Positions 37,957 to 46,871 of a DNA stretch of 64,000 nucleotides are shown here, one piece after another (positions within the stretch are counted from its first letter, which is position 1; every line of letters begins with the position of its first letter). A program made the position numbers and the translations under genes. The DNA is taken from positions 203,113 through 267,112 of the forward strand of contig CAVQAJ010000011.1 in NCBI GenBank assembly GCA_963710545.1. Direction: 5' to 3'. Source of the DNA: an uncultured Acidobacteriaceae bacterium. Its GTDB lineage: Bacteria; Acidobacteriota; Terriglobia; Terriglobales; Acidobacteriaceae. Under the pieces are notes generated by a model. It was given only the letters and a program-made list of their open reading frames with translations, had not been told where the DNA came from and ran no database searches.

Positions 37957-38436
37957 ATGCGGCTTACGATCCTCGCTCTGCTTTTCTCCTCAGCTACCAC
38001 GGCTATCTGCCAGACGGCGGCGCCGGCTCCCGCGCATCCGCAACAGAACTTTCTGGCTCCTCCGGCGATCGCCCAGCCGGGCAGGGATTTCAGCCGCCTG
38101 CCGCCGGAGTGGCATTTTGACAGCGTTGCGCCGCCGAAGACGATTATCCTGCGCGATGCGGGAGTGCCGCGGCAGGGGCCTGATGCCGAGATCGATCCGA
38201 AGATGATCGTTCATCCGCCGCAGTCGAGCCTGGGCGATCAGCCGCCGGGGACGCTGGGGCCGCAGAATCTCTATCCAGGCCTGCGGATGCTGCCGATTGA
38301 GGAATCGAAGCTGAAGGCGGAGCCGATGCCGATCACCTGGCCGAACCTGAAGGTGCAGCAGATCCCGATCGTGTGGCCGAGGTGCGCGATCAAGCCGGTG
38401 CAGGGCGGGACGGCAGGACAGCCTACGGGAAAGTAG
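37957..38436 (+). CDS. Hypothetical secreted Pro-rich protein
   Basis: MRLTILALLFSSATTAICQTAAPAPA is signal-like. No family is recognised. Confidence 0.45.
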   Translation: MRLTILALLFSSATTAICQTAAPAPAHPQQNFLAPPAIAQPGRDFSRLPPEWHFDSVAPPKTIILRDAGVPRQGPDAEIDPKMIVHPPQSSLGDQPPGTLGPQNLYPGLRMLPIEESKLKAEPMPITWPNLKVQQIPIVWPRCAIKPVQGGTAGQPTGK

Positions 38437-38504
38437 CGCGCATTTCACCCGGCCGGTTGAAGGGCTCGGAGTCTGCCGCCTTTCTTTGCAGAGACTGTGC
38501 TTTC

Positions 38505-38630
38505 TCAGTTCTCAAAATCGAGACCGGGGCGCCAGGCGCCAGACGTTCTATTCCGACCGTACTCTGATGGAAGACATAAGCAGGCCTTCCGACTCCCTCC
38601 GCTGCGCTGCGGTCGCCCAGGATGACAAAG
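38505..38630. repeat. Family C hairpin repeat (38508-38533) plus a family D repeat in reverse orientation (38581-38626)
   Basis: GTTCTCAAAATCGAGACCGGGGCGCC, then CAGGCCTTCCGACTCCCTCCGCTGCGCTGCGGTCGCCCAGGATGAC (reverse complement GTCATCCTGGGCGACCGCAGCG...). Confidence 0.7.
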
Positions 38631-38651
38631 CTATTGAGGAAGTTGGGCCCG

Positions 38652-41600
38652 CTACGTTGCTTCCGTGATCGCTTCGGTGCGCTTGCTCATCTTGGCGGTG
38701 CGCTGGATTTTGTCCCAGTTGAAGGGCTTGCCGTCGATGGCGCGCTTCACGGTCTTGAATAACACGACGGAGAAGACCTGGCGATAGGCGAACCGCTGCA
38801 GCCAGATGTGGAACAGCAGCCATCCGTCGCCCTTGTTGGCGGGGTGGCGGCGCTCCAGAGAAAAGGCTAACGACGAGGTGACGAAGTCGATGATCAGGAA
38901 GCCGAGGAAGAAGACCAGCAGCTTCTCAAAGTTCGCCGGCGAGGCGGATTCCGGGTGGTAGTGGCGGTCGACCAGGTAGTTGACGACGCCGTAGAGGAAC
39001 ATCAGGTCAATGAAGGGCGAGACCAGGGGCAGGAACATCTGGAAGATGAGAATGTTGGGCAGGGCGAACAGGCCCATGGCCTTGTTGCGCACGAAGGCGG
39101 CCCGATGCTTCCAGATGGCCTGCAGCGTGCCGAAGGACCAGCGGAAGCGCTGGCGCATGAGGCCCTTGGCGTCGATGGGCGCTTCGGTGAAGGCCAGTGA
39201 CCGGTCTTCGTAGTCGACCCTGAAGCCCTGCTCCAGAAGGTTCATGGTGAGGTCGGCGTCTTCGGCCACGGTGTTGATGGGATAGCCGCCGGCGGCCTTG
39301 ACGGGCGCGGTGCGCCACGCGCCGATGGCGCCGGGAACGACGGTGACGACGTGGAACAGATCGAGGGCGCGGCGCTCGAAGTTCTGGCTGGTGATGTATT
39401 CCAGCGCCTGCCAGCGGGTCCAGAGGTTGACGCGATTGCCCACCTTGGCGTTGCCGGCCATGGCGCCGATGCGCGGGTCTTCAAAGTGCGGCAGCAGCTT
39501 GGAGATGGCGTCGGTGGCGATGACGGTGTCGGCGTCGATGCCGATGTAAATCTCCTCAGTCAGCCGGTCCAGCGCGTAGTTGAGCGCCGCGGCCTTGCCT
39601 CCGTTGGCCTTGGTGAGCACCTGCACGCGGCCGGCGGAGATCTCGGCGGCGTAGGCCTGCGTGGCCACCTCGGCGGTGCGGTCGGTAGATCCGTCGTCGA
39701 TCACGATGACGTGGAGATTCTTGTAATCGGAGTTGAGCACCGAGCGGATGGTGCGGACGATGACCGTCTCTTCGTTGTAGGCGGGGATGAGGACGGCAAC
39801 GCGCGGGTTGAAGCCAGGCGAGGCCAGGGCGTGGGGTTTGCGCAGGCGGTCGATGACAGCGAGGATGCCGATGAACAGCAGGCGCGCGCCCATCAGGATG
39901 TCGCCGACAAAGAAGACCAGGACGATGAAGCGGCCGACGATCTCCACGCCGGAGAAGGCGACCGAGTCGGGCAGTGCGCGCAGAAATTGGGTGAAGGTAA
40001 GCTTGGGCATCACTTCGGCGGTGGTCTTGCCCATCAGCGCGGAGACCGGGACGATGGAGTAGCCGTGGGCGCGCAGCGAGTCAATCAGCACCGGCAGTGC
40101 GGCCACGGTGGCGGAGCGGTCGCCGCCCCCGTCGTGCATAAGAATCACCGACCCTCGGAACTGCGGCTTCGACTTCATGATCTGCAGTTGCGTGAGGACG
40201 GATTGGGTGATCTCCTCGGGCGACTTGCGGGGATGCTCGTCCCAGTCGTCGGTGTCGATCTTGCTGCCGATCACAATGTAGCCCTGATTCTGGATGGACA
40301 CGATGGGCGCGGCCTGGTCGTCGGTCTCCGGCTCTTCGTCGATGTCGTAAGGCGGACGGAAGTAAAGCGGCTGGACATCGAGTTTGCTGGCGAAGAGGCG
40401 CTCGGTGAGCTTGATCTGCAGGTCGAGCTGCTGGGCTGAGATTTCGCTGATGTCCGGATGGGTGTAGGTGTGGTTGCCGACCTCGTTGCCTTCGCGGGCC
40501 AGCCGCTGCATGAGGCCAATGTTCTCAGCCGCCTCGGCGCCGATGAGGAAGAAGGTGCCTTTGACGTTTCTCTGCTTGAGGATGTCGAGAATTTTGGGCG
40601 TCCACTTGGGGTCGGGACCGTCGTCGAAGGAGATGGCAACCTCATTGGGATGGTAGCCGTAGTACTCCACGGTGTAGGCGCGGGGATACACGTCCATGTG
40701 CTCATCGTCGACCAGCTTCTTGCGCGGATCGGTTTCGTCCTTGTCGATGGTGATGGTGCGCTTGCCGGGCTGGGGCAGGCCGGTGACGCGCATGATGTCG
40801 CCCTCACCCTCGATGTCGATGTCGTGGCCCGCGGGGACGTAGCCGAGAGCCTGGAGAGACTCCGGGGCGGTGGGTTTGTCCCAGACGCTCCACAGGGAGT
40901 TGTCTTCCATGCCCAGACGCCACAAGGCGAAGGTGGACAAGCCCAGTTGGCGGGCCGCGCGCAGCTCGTTCAGCATGGTGACGCCGTCGAGGAACCAGAC
41001 CACGTGGCGCCGGTTGGTGTCTTCGTCGATGTACTCGAAGTGAGGATTGAGCGAATCGTCGTCGAGGTCGAGATCGGCGTCGGCGTCGGAGGCGCGCTGC
41101 CATGCGTCGGAAATGTGCAGGTCCTCGGTGTTGAGCACCTGGGGCTTGAGCGTCTTGCCGCGCGAGCCCTTCTTGGGCGCGGCGGGAATGGAGAGCGTCC
41201 AGTCGTATCCGTAGCTGCCGACGGCGCAGATGATCTTGTCTTTGGGAACGACTTTGAGCACGCGCGTCAGGTTCCCCACAAACCAGTCCTGGCTGGCGAT
41301 GGGGCCGGGATCGCTGGTGGTCTGATGCTCGTCGTAGTTCATCAGGATGATGCCGTCGGAGTTGGCGGCGATCTGCTTGAGGTCGGCATCGGGGGTGGCG
41401 ACCGCGGTGTTGACGTAGAGGCCCAGGCGGCGCGGATGCAGGTCCCCGTAGAGCTCATGGATGAAGACCAGATAGGCGGGCGTGGCTTCGTCGGGAAGGC
41501 TCTCAAAATCGAGCGAAAGGCCGCGATAAGCCGGGTACGCGGCGAAAAAGCGGACGATCTGCTGGCGCAGCGCGGCGCGCTTGCCGGCATCCTTGAGCAC

Positions 41601-42185
41601 CGCGCCGAAGCCGGCATCCCAGGCCTGCGTGGCGGGGTTGAAGTTGTTGAGGTGGGGAAAGACTTCCGTGTCTTCCCGGGCCGCCTGGATGACGTGCTTG
41701 ACCTTGTCGTCGTCGTCGGGGTCGTGGACGGCCGCGCCGTCAACCACGGGATACTCGCGATGCGTGTCGTTGTTGATGGCCATCAGGGTTCCCGCCGGTG
41801 CGGTGGCGTGAAGCCACTGCGGGAAAAGAAAATCGATCTGGTGAATATGCTCCTTGAGCGACGAGTAGCTGGCGGGGTCGTCCTGCACGTAGTAGGCGGC
41901 ACGCAGGCCTTCGCCGGAGTTGAAAGGAATTTCAGAAGGCTTGCGGGTGGTTTTGCGGCGCGCCGGTCGGGCATTCTTGCCGTTGCGCAGAACCGGCTCA
42001 GGGAGCGCCTTGAAGTTGTGCCTGGGAGTGGGCAGCAGCAACTCGGGAAGGTGCTGATAGCGCATGACGTTGAAAATGAAAGCGGCCAGCACCAGCGTGG
42101 ACAGGACGGCAGCCGCGTCGAGAATGCGGCGCAGGCGCTTCCAACGCTTGCGTTGGGGGTCGAAAAATATCTGTTTATCCGGCAT
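38652..42185 (-). CDS. Triple-fusion exopolysaccharide enzyme: N-terminal TM, GH18-like domain, CE4 (NodB) polysaccharide deacetylase and a PgaC/IcaA-like GT2 synthase with C-terminal TM helices
   Basis: GH18-like: GLSLDFESL, LMNYDEH, GSYGYDWT. CE4: ISFDDGPDPKWTPKILDILKQRNVKGTFFLIG...GNHTYTHPD. GT2: VAVLIPAYNEE...VIVIDDGSTDRT...GGKAAALN...IDADTV...VAEDADLT...QRFRWSFG. Confidence 0.9.
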   Translation of the reverse strand: MPDKQIFFDPQRKRWKRLRRILDAAAVLSTLVLAAFIFNVMRYQHLPELLLPTPRHNFKALPEPVLRNGKNARPARRKTTRKPSEIPFNSGEGLRAAYYVQDDPASYSSLKEHIHQIDFLFPQWLHATAPAGTLMAINNDTHREYPVVDGAAVHDPDDDDKVKHVIQAAREDTEVFPHLNNFNPATQAWDAGFGAVLKDAGKRAALRQQIVRFFAAYPAYRGLSLDFESLPDEATPAYLVFIHELYGDLHPRRLGLYVNTAVATPDADLKQIAANSDGIILMNYDEHQTTSDPGPIASQDWFVGNLTRVLKVVPKDKIICAVGSYGYDWTLSIPAAPKKGSRGKTLKPQVLNTEDLHISDAWQRASDADADLDLDDDSLNPHFEYIDEDTNRRHVVWFLDGVTMLNELRAARQLGLSTFALWRLGMEDNSLWSVWDKPTAPESLQALGYVPAGHDIDIEGEGDIMRVTGLPQPGKRTITIDKDETDPRKKLVDDEHMDVYPRAYTVEYYGYHPNEVAISFDDGPDPKWTPKILDILKQRNVKGTFFLIGAEAAENIGLMQRLAREGNEVGNHTYTHPDISEISAQQLDLQIKLTERLFASKLDVQPLYFRPPYDIDEEPETDDQAAPIVSIQNQGYIVIGSKIDTDDWDEHPRKSPEEITQSVLTQLQIMKSKPQFRGSVILMHDGGGDRSATVAALPVLIDSLRAHGYSIVPVSALMGKTTAEVMPKLTFTQFLRALPDSVAFSGVEIVGRFIVLVFFVGDILMGARLLFIGILAVIDRLRKPHALASPGFNPRVAVLIPAYNEETVIVRTIRSVLNSDYKNLHVIVIDDGSTDRTAEVATQAYAAEISAGRVQVLTKANGGKAAALNYALDRLTEEIYIGIDADTVIATDAISKLLPHFEDPRIGAMAGNAKVGNRVNLWTRWQALEYITSQNFERRALDLFHVVTVVPGAIGAWRTAPVKAAGGYPINTVAEDADLTMNLLEQGFRVDYEDRSLAFTEAPIDAKGLMRQRFRWSFGTLQAIWKHRAAFVRNKAMGLFALPNILIFQMFLPLVSPFIDLMFLYGVVNYLVDRHYHPESASPANFEKLLVFFLGFLIIDFVTSSLAFSLERRHPANKGDGWLLFHIWLQRFAYRQVFSVVLFKTVKRAIDGKPFNWDKIQRTAKMSKRTEAITEAT

Positions 42186-42407
42186 CTATGGCTGTTTTAC
42201 CCTTACACGGCTTTGACGGGGAGGGCTGACGCGTTCAAGGCCTGCTTCCGGCCAGGACCGCCACCGGGAGTCCTCCTGCGGCCGCGCCGACGGGGTGGCG
42301 CCGGAGCCCGAGTTCCCTCCCTCCGGAAAAGCCTCCCTGTTCCACTACCATCATAATGGTCAAGGCTTTAGAGTACGAATCGTAAAGAAGCGGGAACGGA
42401 GAGCGCA

Positions 42408-43994
42408 TTGACGGCTTGGGGCCGAGGGTCGAAAGGGTTGAGCATAGCGCTGGCGCTGGCCGGGGGCGCCGTGATGCGCCTGATGATGCTGAAGGCGATT
42501 CCGCAGATCAACGGGGACTCGCTGCTCTACGGCGACCTGGCCAAGAACCTGCTGCGCGGCCAGTACGCGATTACCGATGCGAGCGGCGTAACGCATGCAA
42601 CGCTGATCCGGCTGCCCGGCTATCCGCTGCTTCTGGCCGCCTGCTTCCGGGTCTTCGGTCTGGACAACTATACCGCGGTCAGCTGCGTGCAGATTGGGCT
42701 GGAGTTGGCCGGATGCCTGCTGCTGGCTTCGTTTGTGCGGCGGATTGCGACCGAACCTGCCGCGCACTGGACGCTGTGGCTGGCGGCGCTTTGCCCATTC
42801 ACGGCTTCGTACGCAGTGGCTCCCCTGGCCGAGACACCGACCTTGTTTGCCATTGCTTTGGCGCTGTGGGCGCTGACGCGGTTCCATGCGCGGCCGGGAT
42901 GGGGAAGCGCGCTGGCGTTCACGTTTGCAGTCACTTTTGCCGCGTTGCTGCGGCCGGATGGGGCGCTGGTGGGGGCAGCGCTGACGCCGGCGTTGGTGTG
43001 GGGATTGTGGCGGGGCGCTGGGGAGCAGGCTTTGAAAGGGCACGGCCGGGTACCCTCTGGGTGCCGTGCCATGGGAGAGGAAAGCAAGGACGCGGCTTTA
43101 GCCGCCGAGGGAATGCCTGCGGATGAAATTGCATTCCCTCAGGCGCTAAAGCCCACTCTCCTCCAATTGCCGGCTGATGGCGCGGCTAAAGCCGGGCCCT
43201 TTCAAAACTGCAAATCTGCACAACCGTCCGTGATCACCCTGGTACGCATGGGCGTGGTTTGCGTCGTGCTGGCAATGCTTCCCTTTGCGCTCTGGACGGC
43301 GCGGAACTGGCGGGTCTTCCACGTCTTTGAGCCGCTGGCCCCGCGCTACGCAACTGATCCCGGCGAGCCCACCGATCCCGGCTGGCAGCGATGGACGAAG
43401 ACTTGGTGCCTGGATTTCGTTTCCACCTACGACATCTATTGGAGTGTGCCTGGCGTCGCGCTGGACCTGAGCAAGCTGCCGAGCCGGGCCTTCGACTCGC
43501 CAGCCCAGTTCGCGGAGACGGCGGCGCTGTTTGACGCCTACAACCAGAATGGGCAGGAATTGTCGGCGGAGATCGATGCGGGGTTTGCGCGGCTGGCCGA
43601 GGAGCGGGTCAGGGCGCATCCGCTGCGCTACTACGTCTGGCTGCCGCTGGGACGCATGGCGGATATGGGTCTGCGGCCTCGAGTCGAGAACCTGAACATC
43701 GACCTGGATTGGTGGGTCGCAAGCCACCATTACGCGGAGACGCGCTTCAGTTGGGGCTACGCGGCGCTGAATGCGGGTTATCTGCTGCTGGCGCTTGGCG
43801 GGGCTTTGCTTACGGCCGCGATATTGGCCGTGGATGGCGCTCTACTTCGTGCTGCGCAGCCTGCTGCTGATGACGATCGAAGCGCCCGAGGCGCGCTACA
43901 CACTGGAGTGTTTTCCCATGGTGTTTGCGCTGGGCGGGATCGGGATCTGCGGGGTCTACGGGAAAATAGTCCGGATGTTTCCGAAGCGGTGTGA
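42408..43994 (+). CDS. GT39/ArnT-like (GT-C fold) membrane glycosyltransferase; it carries an in-frame repeat insertion and an apparent frameshift near 43800, with the likely true C-terminus in the ORF ending at 44019
   Basis: ...INGDSLLYGDLAKNLLRGQYAITDASGVTHATLIRLPGYPLLLAACFRVFG... has the PMT_2-like DxxxY region and multiple TM helices. After ~43800 the listed frame becomes charged and low-complexity, while frame +1 (ORF 43771..44019) reads RYWPWMALYFVLRSLLLMTIEAPEARYTLECFPMVFALGGIGI. Confidence 0.75.
   Translation: MTAWGRGSKGLSIALALAGGAVMRLMMLKAIPQINGDSLLYGDLAKNLLRGQYAITDASGVTHATLIRLPGYPLLLAACFRVFGLDNYTAVSCVQIGLELAGCLLLASFVRRIATEPAAHWTLWLAALCPFTASYAVAPLAETPTLFAIALALWALTRFHARPGWGSALAFTFAVTFAALLRPDGALVGAALTPALVWGLWRGAGEQALKGHGRVPSGCRAMGEESKDAALAAEGMPADEIAFPQALKPTLLQLPADGAAKAGPFQNCKSAQPSVITLVRMGVVCVVLAMLPFALWTARNWRVFHVFEPLAPRYATDPGEPTDPGWQRWTKTWCLDFVSTYDIYWSVPGVALDLSKLPSRAFDSPAQFAETAALFDAYNQNGQELSAEIDAGFARLAEERVRAHPLRYYVWLPLGRMADMGLRPRVENLNIDLDWWVASHHYAETRFSWGYAALNAGYLLLALGGALLTAAILAVDGALLRAAQPAADDDRSARGALHTGVFSHGVCAGRDRDLRGLRENSPDVSEAV
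43028..43225. repeat. Head-to-head pair of truncated family B (MITE-like) elements embedded in-frame in the GT39 gene (~198 bp)
   Basis: Forward half is GGCTTTGAAAGGGCACGG...GCGGCTTTAGCCGCCGAGGGAATGC. Reverse half is GCATTCCCTCAGGCGCTAAAGCCC...GGCGCGGCTAAAGCCGGGCCCTTTCAAAACTGCAAATCTGCACAACC. The central inverted repeat is GAGGGAATGC (43108-43117) / GCATTCCCTC (43131-43140). Confidence 0.7.
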
Positions 43995-44056
43995 GCTGCT
44001 TCCCACCCTTCCGCGGTGAAGCTGCGGGAGGGTGGGGGCGCCAGGTCCCGCCGCGT

Positions 44057-45058
44057 TTACCAGGCCAGCAATTCGTCGCCGGAGGACGGCGACAGAAACG
44101 CCACCGGGCCCACCGAGTTGTGGGGGCTGTCTCCGAAGCACTGGATGGATTCCGGACCGGCGGTGCGGGCCCACTGCAGGGCCTGTTCGGCCTCGCGCAG
44201 CACCACCACCGGCGAGCGGCCCTGGCTGCAGGCGATCCCGAAGCACGCGGAGAGGCGGATGGCGTCGCCCCCCACGCGAAAGGGCGAGGAGAAGACCTCG
44301 GCCCTCATGCGCTCGGCCAGCATGGCGGCGTTGACGGCGCTGCAGCCGGGCAGCACCAGCAGGAACTCGTCCATGCCGGGGCGGCCGAGGATGTCGTAGC
44401 TGCGCAGCAGGCGCGTGATGCGGGCGGCGGCCTGGCAGAGCAGCTCGTCGCAGGCGTCGTTGCCCAGGCGCGAGTTCCAGTGGCCGAAGTCGTCGATGTC
44501 GAGCAGCAAAAGACTCAGGGTACCGTTCATGCGCTGCACCCGGTCGGTCTCGCGGAAGAGCATGGCCAGCATGGCTTCGCGGTTGTAGACGCCGGTCAGG
44601 CGGTCGAACTGGGCGTTGAGCACCTGGGCCTCGCGCAGGGTTTCGAGCTCGCGCGATTGGTGGCGGTGGCGCAGCGCCACCTCGATGCGCAGCCGCCAGT
44701 AGGCGGCCTCGGCGGTGCGCAGGATCAGGTCGTCAATCACTCCCTCGGCGAGGCGGTCGATTCCCTGCTGGGTGACAGTGTCCGAAATCAGCACAATCGG
44801 CAGGCGGCCGGCGGTCTCCTCGGCGCGGAGGTTGGCCAGCAGGCGGTCGATGTTCATGCGCGGGTCGAGGCCGGGTAGCGTTGCATCGAGCAGGGCCAGC
44901 GCCAGGGGACGGGGGTTTTCCAGGGCGGCTAGCGCGGCCTCGGCCGAGACGACGATCTCGACCTTGGCGCCGCTTGCCAGCAGGACGGGTTCGAGAGCCG
45001 CCAGCAAGGCAGGATCGGGGGAGGCGAGCAGGTAAGTGGGTGGGGCCTGGGTAAGCAT
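44057..45058 (-). CDS. Response-regulator receiver plus GGDEF-domain protein with a variant GMDEF motif
   Basis: Receiver-like N-terminus is (..LALALLDATLPGLD..IVLISDT..). The GGDEF domain is DRLTGVYNREAM...LLLLDIDDFGHWNSRLG...RSYDILGRPGMDEFLLVL. An RxxD (RSYD) lies 5 residues before GMDEF. Confidence 0.85.
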   Translation of the reverse strand: MLTQAPPTYLLASPDPALLAALEPVLLASGAKVEIVVSAEAALAALENPRPLALALLDATLPGLDPRMNIDRLLANLRAEETAGRLPIVLISDTVTQQGIDRLAEGVIDDLILRTAEAAYWRLRIEVALRHRHQSRELETLREAQVLNAQFDRLTGVYNREAMLAMLFRETDRVQRMNGTLSLLLLDIDDFGHWNSRLGNDACDELLCQAAARITRLLRSYDILGRPGMDEFLLVLPGCSAVNAAMLAERMRAEVFSSPFRVGGDAIRLSACFGIACSQGRSPVVVLREAEQALQWARTAGPESIQCFGDSPHNSVGPVAFLSPSSGDELLAW

Positions 45059-45234
45059 CCGGGGACCTTTCTGATGGATGCATCGGCGGGCATTAGAGAA
45101 TGTTTAGAGATTGGCGCTGGATTCTTAGGGATTCTCGATGACGCGGGGCCGGGGATTTGGGTGCCGAAGGTAACGCGGCTGGGAAGGAAACTGTTCTGAT
45201 CCAGGCAAGCGGGCAGGTCATGGTTCCGTGGTCT

Positions 45235-45270
45235 CCGAGGTCTGAAAATCCAGACCTGGGACACCCCGGT
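45235..45270. repeat. Family C hairpin repeat
   Basis: GAGGTCTGAAAATCCAGACCTGGGACACCCC has the hairpin GGTCTG-AAAATC-CAGACC. Confidence 0.7.
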
Positions 45271-45304
45271 TGTGACTGCTTCGAGGCTCGGCCACGCGGC
45301 GCTC

Positions 45305-46174
45305 TCAGTCGATGAATTCGACTTGCGGGGCAATCGGGATGATGCCGCGCTCGTGGCCCAGGGCGAGGAGCTTGCGGATGGCTTGGCGGCCGTCGGGACC
45401 GTAGTCGAGGGTGCGGTCGTTGACATACATGCTGACGAAGCGGTTGGCCAGGCGCGGGTCCAGGTCGCGGGCAAACTGCATGGCGTAGTCGAGGGCCTGC
45501 TCGCGGTTGTCGAGGGCGTGCTGGATGCTGTCGCGGACGGCTTTGGTGACGATGCGCATGGAGTCTGCGCCGAGCGAGCGGCGGATGGCGTTGCCGCCCA
45601 GAGGGAGCACGAGGCCGGTGGTCTCGCGCCACCATACGCCCAGGTCGAGGACCTTGTGGAGGCCGCTCGAGGAGTAAGTGAGCTGGCCCTCGTGGATGAT
45701 GAGACCGGCGTCGAAGTTGCCGGCCAGGATCTCGGGGATGATCTGGTCGAAGGGGACGGTGACGGTTTCGACATCGGGGTTGAAGATTTTGAGCGCCAGG
45801 TAGGCCGTGGTGAGGGTTCCGGGGACGGCGATCTTGAATTTGCCGATCTCTTCGGCGGCCAGCGGCTTGGCGGAGACGACCATGGGGCCGTAGCCCTCTC
45901 CGACGCTGCCACCGCAGCCCATCAGGGCGTACGTGTCCTGGAGGTAGGGGTAGGCGTGGAAGCTGATGGCGGTGACGTCGTAGAAGGCCTCTTCGCGGGC
46001 GCGGCGGTTGAGGGTTTCGATGTCGCAGAGGGTGTGGTTGAAGCGGTAGCCGGGGACGCGGATCTTGTTGGTGGCCAGGCCGTAGAACATGAAGGCGTCG
46101 TCGGAGTCGGGACTATGGGCGATGGAGATATCGATGAGTGCGGGCTCGGCAACGTTGGAGCTCTTGGAGGTCAC
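45305..46174 (-). CDS. mqnD: 1,4-dihydroxy-6-naphthoate synthase (futalosine pathway, MqnA/MqnD family)
   Basis: GTG start at 46174: VTSKSSNVAEPALIDISIAHSPDSDDAFMFYGLATNKIRVPGYRFNHTLCDIETLN..., ..FDAGLIIHEGQLTY.., ..MYVNDRTLDYG. The long ORF-track N-terminal extension is rejected. Confidence 0.85.
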   Translation of the reverse strand: MTSKSSNVAEPALIDISIAHSPDSDDAFMFYGLATNKIRVPGYRFNHTLCDIETLNRRAREEAFYDVTAISFHAYPYLQDTYALMGCGGSVGEGYGPMVVSAKPLAAEEIGKFKIAVPGTLTTAYLALKIFNPDVETVTVPFDQIIPEILAGNFDAGLIIHEGQLTYSSSGLHKVLDLGVWWRETTGLVLPLGGNAIRRSLGADSMRIVTKAVRDSIQHALDNREQALDYAMQFARDLDPRLANRFVSMYVNDRTLDYGPDGRQAIRKLLALGHERGIIPIAPQVEFID

Positions 46175-46227
46175 GGTAGGCAAAGGTCCTTTCAAGGAAA
46201 GAAGACGGCAGTGTCGTTTCGATGCGG

Positions 46228-46770
46228 CTAAGCGGTTGGGCGGCGCAGGCGGAGCCAGCCGGTGGCCAGCGCGGCTGCGGCGGCGACCTTCAGGGCGTCG
46301 CCGGGCAGGAAGGGCAGGACGGCCAGCGAGAAGACCGACGAAAGCGAAGCATGAGTGAGGATGGCCAGCCAGAGTGCGCCGCAGGCGAGAATCACCAGGC
46401 TGCCGAGGGCGGCGCTGAGGAAGGCCGGAGCGAAGAGGCGGCCCGTCCTTGAGCTGACCCGGCGGACAAGATAGGCAACCAGAGCAGCGGCCAGCGGATA
46501 GGCGAGCAGGTAGCCGCCGGTGGGGCCGAGCAAATGGGCCAGGCCGGGGACGGCCGGGGTGGGCGCAAAGACCGGCAGGCCGAGCGCGCCTTCCACCAGG
46601 TATGCGCCGAGGGTGGCCGCGGCCAGCCGCGGGCTGAGCACGAGGCCCAGGACCAGGACGGCGAAGGGCGCCAGCGAGAGCGGGACCGGGGTGAAGTAGA
46701 GCGGCAATGCGATGTGGGCGCAGAGGGCGGCGAAGAGGCTCCCCGTCAGGACAATGCCGGCGGAACGCAT
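46228..46770 (-). CDS. bioY: Biotin transporter BioY (ECF S-component)
   Basis: ...LFAALCAHIALPLYFTPVPLSLAPFAVLVLGLVLSPRLAAATLGAYLVEGALGLPVF...GPTGGYLLAYPLAA...LPFLPGDALK. I chose the ATG at 46770; the TTG at 46875 is the ORF-track alternative. Confidence 0.85.
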   Translation of the reverse strand: MRSAGIVLTGSLFAALCAHIALPLYFTPVPLSLAPFAVLVLGLVLSPRLAAATLGAYLVEGALGLPVFAPTPAVPGLAHLLGPTGGYLLAYPLAAALVAYLVRRVSSRTGRLFAPAFLSAALGSLVILACGALWLAILTHASLSSVFSLAVLPFLPGDALKVAAAAALATGWLRLRRPTA

Positions 46771-46871
46771 CCAAACCGACGCGCGGGGGGCGGGAACGGC
46801 CGCGGGACTGCCGACGGACGCGAACGGGGCTGAGATTGCTCTGCTCACTCGAATTCCTTCATTTCTCGATT

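Noticed and set aside
45305-46774. N-terminal extensions of track ORFs: the 489-aa version of mqnD, the 812-aa version of the hemN-like gene (30828..), the 296-aa rplM, the 171-aa glnK, the 528-aa amtB and the 590-aa pruA.
   Set aside because: The extra residues are Arg/Pro-rich, overlap neighbouring genes or repeats, and are absent from the conserved family cores. Internal ATG/GTG starts with plausible RBS or signal peptides were chosen instead.
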